Source of the DNA: the human T2T-CHM13v2.0 reference genome, Homo sapiens
DNA: 64,000 nucleotides
Reading direction: 5' to 3' (one strand)
Assembly (NCBI RefSeq): GCF_009914755.1
Contig: NC_060927.1
Each line of letters opens with the position of its first letter. Within the stretch, counting starts at the first letter, position 1. A program made the position numbers and the translations under genes. Below the pieces are notes generated by a model that was given only the letters and a program-made list of their open reading frames with translations, did no database searches and was not told where the DNA came from. Positions 53,635 to 64,000 of the stretch are shown one piece after another.

Positions 53635-53704
53635 AATTTTATGCTAAAAACAATATAAAATAAGAAAAATTTTATGCTAAAGACAATATAAAATAAGAAA
53701 AATT
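53635..53704. repeat. 33-bp tandem duplication
   Basis: AATTTTATGCTAAA(A/G)ACAATATAAAATAAGAAA x2, one mismatch. Confidence 0.9.
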
Positions 53705-56339
53705 ATTGAACAAACTTATTCATAGTTTTATCAATAAGCATATTTTTATTTGCCATACCACAATGAAAATGGTACAGAATTGTCTTAAAAAAGACTAAAT
53801 TAAGATTATTTTTGCTAGAATATTATTTGAATATGTAATAGAAAAATATTGTATTTATACCATTTATTATATTAAATTGATATGTAAATGTATAAATTCT
53901 TTTATTTCCAGATGAGAAGACAGACCAAATAAGCACACAAAATATAAAAATATGTGAGATAATAATGGATATTAAAAGATGTGCCAAAATAAATACAGAT
54001 CAACTAATCAACAACACTGATTTATCCTCAATTTTATGTAAGTTATTGAGGTCAGTACTATATTAGGAAATACAAAATTAGAAAAGCCTTGATTTTTTTT
54101 CTTACAAAGATAGCAAACCAGTTTTGTTCTACCTGTGTGACTCAAAAATACTTGGAAAGACAATTGCACACAGTGCTCTCTGAATAATAATATTACAGTG
54201 GCAAAAAGTAGTGCAGTTTCAGAGGGTGCATAGACTCAATTTCTCATCAGGACATACCTGAAGAATACGGTATTCTTCTTCTTAAAATGAAAAACTTTTA
54301 GAATTTTTGTATTTGAAGTTGATTTTTTCAAAGGAGGGTCTGCCCATACAGATCATCTAAATTTGCATCATAGTTTCATATGAGTAAAATTCTAAGACAC
54401 TAATGAGATTATTGTTGAAGAATGTACTTCTTCTCATATGCTGATACACAGATCTGAAGGTTACAATAGTTCTATAAATGTACACTGTATCTGGGATATT
54501 TTAACCTGGTTTAAAAGTTATTTCTAGTCATCTAAATGGTTTCTACCATCTATCATCTTTTCAAAATCAATTCTATGACATGATGTATTAAAATAAGATC
54601 TCTGAAATAAACGTAGAATAAAATCAAACAGCAATTTTTACTAGAACTCAGTGTTTCTAAGTGGAAACAAGTCAAAGCCTGTTGAAGCACATAGTATCCA
54701 AGTATATGCTACCTCAAATACAAACATAAGCTGAATATGAACAAAGTGAACATAGGGAATACTCCACGTAATGCTATGAAATACTCAATGGCTTCTGGGA
54801 AGGGAGACTTATTTAGTCTGCAGACATTTTCACTGGAGTAATTTAGAAAAAATGGGCAATGTACTCTGGGAGACTGCCTACATATATAACCATAAACGAT
54901 AGAACAACCACTCATAACCGAGATGGTTAAGAAGGCAGATGCACTTTTTTTCATATTAATGTGCAGAAGTTAAATAAATGGCCATTTTTACAATGTGTGA
55001 ATATTAAAAGCATATATATTCTATTGTTTATTCTCATTATAAGATTGGATAACATGTAAAATAGTCATTGATTCATGCTACTGTGAAAAATAGTCTTGGG
55101 AAAAACCACTTTCCAGAATGAGTTTCATTTTCCAAATATCAAATATAAAGATGTCTAATTTCTCAGAAGTATTAAATAGTAACATAATTGTAACTGCTAA
55201 GATAGTTCAATATTTAAATATTATAAATCATTTTCATTGGAATATCAAAAAAGTTAAAAAATATCAGCTCTTTCACATCAGATGGAAAATTTAAAAAGCA
55301 TCAAACTTCTGCCTCCAAATATGCTTTTTACAACTTCTTTCAAGATCTAATTATGACAATTGTGCATAATATGAGGTAAACTTCAATCGGCTCCACATTT
55401 CCATATCAAATGACTTTAATAATATCTATAAAACATTAAGTAGGTCAATGCCACATAAACATATTAATATAAAGATGGCTTTCATTTCAGAGGGCCCTCT
55501 AATATACTTCAGGAAAAATAAAACAAAAAACATATAGTGAATTGCCAACTTTCTCTTTAGATCACCATCAACACAATACATACCTTTAGAAGATATGAAA
55601 TACAAACATTAAAAAAAAGTATAGTCTGACATCCATTAATGTCATCCATAGTGTCATCTAGTTGAACATAAGACCTTAGATGCTGCATTTCTATTACCAT
55701 GAATTTGTACAGTAGGTTTTGTACATAAGTGGTTAGTCAAAAGCGTTAGGTGATATAACTCTACAAATGGCAAAAGTTCTTGTAATTTTAATCAACTTGA
55801 GTACTTTCTTAGAATCTTTTTTAGTTTGTCACATGTATTGAAACACAGAGAAGTAAAGTGCCTTGCCAAAGTTCCAACCGTGTGTGCTGTTTACATTTTT
55901 CCACGTACTTCATCTTTGAGTCACAAGCAAGTCAATTTATGGAAAGGCTGTAGGGTAAACAGCAATTTGTCCAAGATGCTAGAGACATATATGTTTTTCT
56001 TTTCTAGCTTTTTAACTCTTTCATTCATCACATATTTATTGCATACTAAAATTTTTGAAGGCCAATGTCTTAATTAGGATAACAGAATATAACTTATATT
56101 TGCTCTCTGTGAATAAAGTGGCAATTACAGTGCAATATAAATTGTATGGTAATAGAAGTGTTCTGAAAGCTCTAAGGAATTCTCTCTGATCCAGACTAAA
56201 TGGTGAAATGAAGAAAAATGTTTTATGACATGGATCTGTGTGTGTTTTCCCCAAGATGTTTATTTTTTATAGTTCACATCTATAATCCTAACATGTGGTA
56301 GCTCTGTTTGTTAGGAGATAGATATAATGGGATGGGAAC

Positions 56340-57980
56340 TACTCAATCCTCTTACCATTAAGTCACTGACTTCTCTGCTTCTGCACTCACTTAGTTTGCA
56401 TCTCCTACTGTAATAGTAGTAGTTATCTGTCTTTCGCTGAAAGTATGCCCTCCATCTAATCTCTGGATTTCACCCTAACTCAGCTACTTCAGATATCATC
56501 CAAACATCTCCAAACATCTCCTGCACCTTCTATTACTAACAAAAAAATTTCATTAACATGGAAATGTGTTAATCCTATTCAGCCTGGAAAGGAAACAACA
56601 AAAAATATTATATTGATCCTACTATCCCCTATATTCCACTCAAACCCAATTTTTCTGCTCTCTATTCAAGAATCAGGGCGCTATTCCACAAAATAGTTCA
56701 CATACCGCGTTTTCCTCTAACTTCTCCGCCTTCCCTCCTAAATCCACTTTAGTTGGGGTTCTCACTTAAATATCAGCAGCCTCTTTGTGAAATCCAATAG
56801 TCAGTTTTTTGTTTTCATCTTGCTGGACCTTCCTTCAGCATTTGGCTGTTGACCACTTTCCTTAGGTTCCTGTGGAATCTCACCCTTGTGTTTATCTCTT
56901 TTCTCTGGCTTTTTTTGCTACTTTCTCCATCCTTACCTTGTATTTTCATAACGCTAAATAGCATATGCATGCAGATGTCTGCTACATTTTCATTTCCAGC
57001 CCTCTTTTCCCTCCTGAGCGTTTCTCAATATCTTCATTCGGTCATCTAATCAGCTGCTCAAACTGACCTTCAGCATAGAATTATTGGAATCTTCCTTTTC
57101 CTAGATACTGAGAATAAGAATGTTAAGAATCTTAGGTTTGCCAGATAAAATTCAGGGAACCCAGGTAAATTTGAATTTCACATTACAAATATATATTAGC
57201 ATGTGTTTATCCCGTATTTCTAGTATAGGTATGTTCCATTGAAAAATGTTATTTGATACTAGAAAAATCAGATTTGATTCCCTCTCGTCATATTTGCTAA
57301 ATCTGCCCTCCATAGCTGAAGGGATATTTGTCTCTACATCAATCCTAATATCTCTCCTAACTTAGTCTGGAATCTCATATCTTCCCATCAGCTACACTGT
57401 GAAATAACCAAGTACAAACCCTCTAAATCTCTGCTTAAAGCCCTGGCTTTCTCTCAGGATTATAACAAACTGCAAACAACTAATATTTAAATTGCCAGTG
57501 CCCCACCTGATCTGATTCCTGACTGCCTCTCTCATGTCAGCTCTTATCACTTTTTTCCCGTGTTCATGAAACTCTAGCCAATATTTCTTGTTTCTATGCT
57601 TTAAACACACAACTCATATCTTTCTCTTAGGACTTTTGTACTTGCAATTCTTTCTGCTAGAAATATTTGCATTTTTCATCTGACTTTTAAGTTTCAGTGT
57701 TATGCAGAGAGTTTTGTTACCATGCTGAAAATTAGCTCTCATGCTACAGCTCCTAAACTCTCTATCCTATTGATTTATTTTTATATCAAGAGTTATTTAA
57801 AATTGCCACATTTCCTTATTTTCTTATGTGTTCTTTTATTCTCTATATTATTGTATTAGAATATTAGCTCTATGTGGCCATTGCTGTATTTACTTCATTT
57901 ACCTCTGTATTTCCAGAGCCTAGATGGTCACTGGTAAATACAGGGCATGTGATCAGCATTGATTAAAGAAATGGATGGTT
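56340..57980 (+). mobile_element. L2 LINE 3' region (interrupted by MER53)
   Basis: Pyrimidine-rich L2 ORF2-like sequence; CTGCTTAAAGCCCTGGCTTTC; CTGTATTTCCAGAGCCTAG; GAAATGGATG end. Confidence 0.75.
57132..57313 (+). mobile_element. MER53 (hAT)
   Basis: TAGGTTTGCCAGATAAAAT...AAATTTGAATTTCA...ATTTGCTAAATCTG. Confidence 0.8.
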
Positions 57981-59696
57981 TCTAAAACGAAATCGTTAAG
58001 CTAGATTTATTTAGTGTCAGATATAACTAATAGCAAAATATATTTAGACATCGATAACAGAATCTTAAGGAATACTAAGGTTATAATTAAAATGTCTTTT
58101 GTTATGATTTATCAAATAATAATTTTGTTAACATTATATAGATTGTTTAATAGATAACATATGTGTTCTTTCTAGACACAATGATATACAAACAATAACT
58201 TTTAAAAAAAGAAAAGTAACTATTCTTGCATAGTAAATCTGTTTAATAGGCAATAAATCTTAGAAATACTGCATGTGTTCTCTTTAATATTAACAAGAAA
58301 AGAGTCGTTTTTTTCTTTTCACATTCTATGGTATTGTAACAGAAAAGTAAGTATTAAAATTGTATTATAATTTAAAACAATAAAGAATACATAAAAATAA
58401 AGAAAATAAACTGCATTTCACATTAATGAGCCAGCTTAGAATGTTTATAAAGTTTTATTTTAATCGAGTAATATTTTACCTGATAACCACACTGATATAA
58501 TTAATTTAATACTTTTCTAATACAATTTAAAAGGTTTGATAGTTCCATGTGAAAGATTTTTCAGGATTTGAATAGTAGTATACAAATTTTAACTGACAGC
58601 TCTAGTCCAAAGACTTGAAATATTGGGTGGAAAGGTTCAATGTTCTTTCATAATCATCCCTTTCTCTGTCTTTCACATCACCCTATAACAAGAAGCCATA
58701 TTTAAAACTTTGAAAGAAAAAAAGTACAAAACTTGTCTCCTCACATTGTTTTATTCCTTAATTAGAAAGCTGACTGACAGTATCAATCTTATGTCAAACT
58801 TTAATACATACACATATTCCCTGACTAGTGGATTATAAAACTCTTCTGGTTTTCTTCAAGTTTTGGGTTGGCCAAGGCAAATTTTATTTCAGTTTGAGCA
58901 AATGAACCAATGTAAAGGTTGAAACTGGTAGGAAAACATTACTTCATTAAAAATTTTTATAGGAGTCATTTATGGAAGACCTATAATTGGGAAATCTTTA
59001 TACATATGTATAGCAGGTCGGGTAGCTCATTTTTATTTTTGTATATTATCCTTTAAGAAAAGTCATTAGCATTCTTGAAAAATAACATTTCATCATGGGA
59101 AAAATTTTTCAGTATAAAAATCGGTGATTTTATGGGCAGCTTTGTGCCAGAACAATCAGCTAGATAGGAACACAAGATTTGCAACATATTCCTTTAAAAG
59201 CTTCATGCTTCCAAAGTTCTATATGTAGAGATTTGAGACCAATAGCAGAAAATATGAATACATATGTGAAGCCTAACTATGTATGAAATCCAGATGCAAA
59301 ATTTCTGAAAGCAATCTAAAAAATGAACCTTCTTCAAATGTCTCTAAAACCTGTGGCTTTGATTGAAGACACTTCATGATTTAATATCTTGTTGGTACGT
59401 ATGATTCAATTTTTTTGCTAAAAACTAACTTCTGAATAATTTTACTGTGTATAGAACATTAATATTGCTGAGAAAACCTAATAACTTAAAATTCCCAGGG
59501 ATATTTGTAAAAATATGTTTAATTAAAAACATTTAAAAATTATATGATTTGGTGAAAATGCATAGAACCACATATACAGTAGTTGGATAATAATTGACAA
59601 AGTGTAACCTTATATTTTTATTACCTCTAGAATAATGAAATAGCTTGTTTGAATTAAGATCTTGCTCACAAAGTTTAATTTGTTTTATAGTATAAG

Positions 59697-60118
59697 TACT
59701 ATGGTTTTAATGTCCCCCTCCAAAATTCATGCTGCAATTTAATTGCCATTGTGACAGTATTAAGAGATGGAACTTTTAAAAAGTGAATAGGTCAAGAGGG
59801 ATCTACTTCATAAACGGATTAATGCTGTTATTGTGGCGTGTCTTCGTTATCACAGAAAAGGGCTCCTGATAAAGGGATAAATTTAACTCACATTTCTTCT
59901 CTGTTTCAAGGACTCTTATCTTCCCTGTCCCTCTTGCCATGTGAAACCGTCAGCCATTTTGATGACTGAGCAAAAAGGCCCTCACCAGATGCTGAGCAGA
60001 TGCTGGTGCCATGCACTTGCACTTCCCAGACTCTAGAACTATATGCTACATAGATTTATGTTCTTTATAAATTACCAAGTATGTGGTATTGTGTTATAGA
60101 AAGAAAAAAACTAAGACA
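59697..60118 (+). mobile_element. MSTC/MSTD-like MaLR LTR
   Basis: TACTATGGTTTTAATGTCCCCCTCCAAAATTCATG...AAGGCCCTCACCAGATGC...CTAAGACA; TSD ATAAG/TTAAG. Confidence 0.87.
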
Positions 60119-60588
60119 TTAAGAATGGCACAAATTAAAATATTTTGCTTACAAAAATATCTATTTTGAAACTACTGAATAGATTTGATTGTCTAACTAG
60201 GCTCTTAGAATGAAGAGATTTTAAAAGTATAAATAATATTTGTATTCTCTTGTATGCCTATTTTACTTCCCTTGATATGCAAAAATATGATTTAACATAC
60301 TTAAAATTACCAACACATATAGGATAAGAATCTAACTCTCATTATTCAAACCGAAAAAACAAACATTTTCTTTTAAGCAAACTGATTCTCCTTCAAGTAT
60401 ACTGTCACAGAATTATTGAGATGTAAATATTTACTTTATATTAATTTTTATTATTTAATATTTATTATAGTACATGTGTAAAATTAAATATAGGTAAACA
60501 TTTTAATATTCTGTGCTTACAATTAGGGAAGGTTTCAATACATTATAATACACCTATAACATTTAACAATATATACCTATTAAGATAA

Positions 60589-60984
<396 letters not shown>

Positions 60985-61259
60985 TAATATTAAAACAATA
61001 AATCATATAATACCTTATTAAATAAAAAGAATAGGCTAAAATTGCATCTACAATAATATATATGTACAAATGTATCATTTATAAAATTACATTTAATATT
61101 ATTAAACATGATAGGAAAATAGACCTATCTGTACAAACACACACACACATACACACACATAAACACAAGTGCATTTGTATATATGTACATGTAATGTTTA
61201 GAAAAAATATTTTAAAATTATATCAGGAGAAAGAATTGGCTTACTCACACATTCTTTAA

Positions 61260-64000
61260 AGGCCTGAGGACAGTCTACTCTACCTGCTGCCCTCAGTGCC
61301 GGTATACACTTCCCAGAGGTCCAGGGACTAGCCCATTCAGCCTGTGACCACTGGCACGCACTTGCACATGCCACCCAAGAACATGGAAATAAGCCTGCCC
61401 AGCCCACACTCACCAATGCTGGCACATATGTGTGCCTTTCAGGAGCCTGATGGTAGGCCTACTGCCATTACAGCCACTGTTCATGCCATAGACACTACCC
61501 AGGAGCTCAAACACCTGCATACTCAGCCTGCTGCTGCCACCACCAGCATTTGAACATGCTGCCTAGAGGTTCAAGAACAAACCTCTTGGGAAATTCCACA
61601 GATTTCACACATGTAGGCTGCCAGGGGCCTAAGGACCAACACACCTGAACTACCTCTTCCACCATTGATGTCTTAAGACCAGACCAGTAGAATAAAATAA
61701 AAAATACAATTGAAACATTCAACAATAAACTAAGTCAAGCAGAATAAATAATTTTTGAGCTTGATAACAAATCTTTTGAAATTACCAAGTCAGACAAAAA
61801 TTAATAAATGAAGAAAGCCTGTATAACATGTTAGACTCCATAAAGTGACCAAATATTTGATTTTGGGAAGTTCCAGAAAGAAAAGAGATGAGCAAATGCA
61901 TAGAAAACTGATTTGCCAAAATAATACCTGAAAAACTGCCAGGTCTTGCAAGACATATAGACATCCAGATACAGAAAGAAGAAAGAGTTGCAAATAGATT
62001 CAATCCAAATAGGTCTTCTCCAAAGCAGTTTACAGTCAAGCTGTCAAAAATCAGAGAAGATTCTAGAAAACAAGAGAAATGTATCAATTTACTTATAAGA
62101 GAATCCTCATTAGAACAACAGTACATTTCTTGGCAGAAACCTTATAGTCCAGAAGAGAAGGAGATGCTATATTCCAAGCACTAAAAGAAAAAAAAAATCT
62201 ATGCCAAGCACACTATATCCAGCAAAGCTATTTTTTCAAAAATAAAGAAGAAACAAAGTATTTCCCAGATAAGAAAAATCTAGTGGAATTCATCACCACT
62301 ACATTGGCTCCATGAGAAATGATTAAGGGAGTCTTACTTCTGGAAGCAAAAGGACAAAATCTACCATCAAGAAAACACACAAAAGTGTAAAACAGGTAGA
62401 ACAGATACATAAATGAGAAAAACAATGGTGTCAAATGTTATCACTATAGAAAACGCCAAATTGAAAGGTAAACTTTCAAGAGAAAGAAAGCAACAAATGA
62501 CATATAAAACAATCAGACATCAATTAACAAAATGACAGAAGTCCTCCCCTCTCAATAACTTTTAATGTAAACAGTTTAAATTCCCTAATTAAAACATAGA
62601 GATTGGCTGAACTTATAAAGAAACAAGACTTCACTACGTGTTGCCTACAAGAAATTTACTTCACCCATAAATGCACAGATAGACTGAAAGTGAAGACATG
62701 AAAAAAGACATTCTACACACAAAAGCATAGAGGAGTTGCTGCACCTGTATCAAGTAGACTCTAAGTTATAAAACAAAAAAAGAGAATGTCATTACATATT
62801 GACAAAAGGATCAATAAATCAAGAGGATATAAAAATTGTAAGTAAATATGCACCCAACACTCCATAAATATATGAAGCAAATATTACTAGTTCTAAAAAG
62901 AAAGACCACAATACAATAATAGTTGGGAGACTTTAACAGCTCCCTTTCAGCAAGGCACATATCATCTAGGCTGAAAATCAACAAAGAAACATCAGAGTTA
63001 TCACACTACCTGACTTCAAATATACTACAAAGCCAGAGTAACTGAAGCGGTATAATATTAATATTAAAATAGACACACAGGCCAATAAAACAGAATAAAG
63101 AACCAAGAAATAAATGCCATAATATACACTGGGGAAAGTAGTCTCTTCAAAAAATGTCGTTGGGAAAACAGGATTTCCATATGCATAAGAATGAAACTAG
63201 CCTCCTATCTCTCACCATATTCAAAATGAAGAAACAAAGTATTTCTTTATTTCTCCAAAGTATTTCTAAACTCAAAATAGATCAATGACTTAAACATAAG
63301 GTCCCAAATTCTGAAACTACTAGAAGAAAACAGAGGAAACAGTTAAGGATATTGATCTAAGCAAACGTTTTATGGCTAAGAGTTCAAAACCACAGGCAAC
63401 CAAAAGAAAAATAGATAAATGAAGTATATTAAAACAAAAAGCTTCTACACAGTAAAGGAAACAATCAACAGACTGAAAAAAAAACCTTCAAAATGGGAGC
63501 AAATATTCACAAACTATCCAGCAGACAACTAATATTCAGAATATAAAAGTAATGCAAACAACTCAAAAGCAAAAAATTAGTAATAATCTCATTAAAAACT
63601 AGGGAAAGGATCTTAGTAGATATTTTTCAAACACAGAAATAGAAATGGCCAACATACTTATTAAATTAGCTCACCGATACTAATCATCAGGGAAATGTTA
63701 ATCAAAAACACAATGAGATATTATCTTATTTCAGTAAGAATGGCTATTGTTAAAAACACAAAAAGTTACATATTCTGGAAAGAATGTAGTGAAAAGTGAA
63801 CTCTGGTGGGAGTGTAATTAGCATAGCCATTATGGAAAACCTTTTGGGGGTTTCTTTAAAAAGTAAAAGTAAAACCACTATGGGATCCTGCAGTCCCATT
63901 ACTGGGTGTATATCCAAAGGAAAAGAAATGCGTATATCAAAATAATACCTCTACTCTTATGTTTACTGTATCACTATTTATAATAGCAAGATATAGAGTC
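61260..64000 (+). mobile_element. L1MA-age LINE-1 (L1M1/M2-type 5' UTR, partial ORF1, ORF2 with large internal deletion); runs off window
   Basis: GC-rich repetitive 5' UTR 61260-61690; ORF1 C-terminal region; endonuclease GGAGACTTTAAC; jump at ~63000 to TCACACTACCTGACTTCAAA. Confidence 0.85.

Overview
AT-rich primate (very probably human) genomic DNA, intronic or intergenic. I find no host protein-coding exon, RNA gene or CRISPR array. More than half of the window is recognisable transposon DNA: five Alus, a CpG-rich LTR12C (ERV9) solo LTR, several MaLR LTRs, a 5'-inverted (twin-primed) L1PA4-like insertion, a ~5.9 kb L1PA16-like copy, older L1M relics, L2/MIR, DNA-transposon fossils, and an internally deleted HERV-L provirus (MLT2A2 LTRs) carrying an antisense MLT2A1 solo LTR. 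Almost all ORF-track entries are spurious or decayed L1/ERV reading frames. Family names come from my recall of consensus sequences, not from a RepeatMasker run, so subfamily calls are approximate. I cannot support a previously undescribed biological system here. The most interesting observations are small structural ones: a 135-bp insert with a perfect 17-bp TSD, AATAAA and A-tail that matches no repeat I know (41730-41898); an 87-bp insert ending in an MLT2A LTR terminus inside an Alu with a 5-bp duplication (60605-60701); the nested antisense MLT2A1; a ~180-bp ORF1/ORF2 junction copied into an L1's own 5' UTR; and several locally templated insertion scars.
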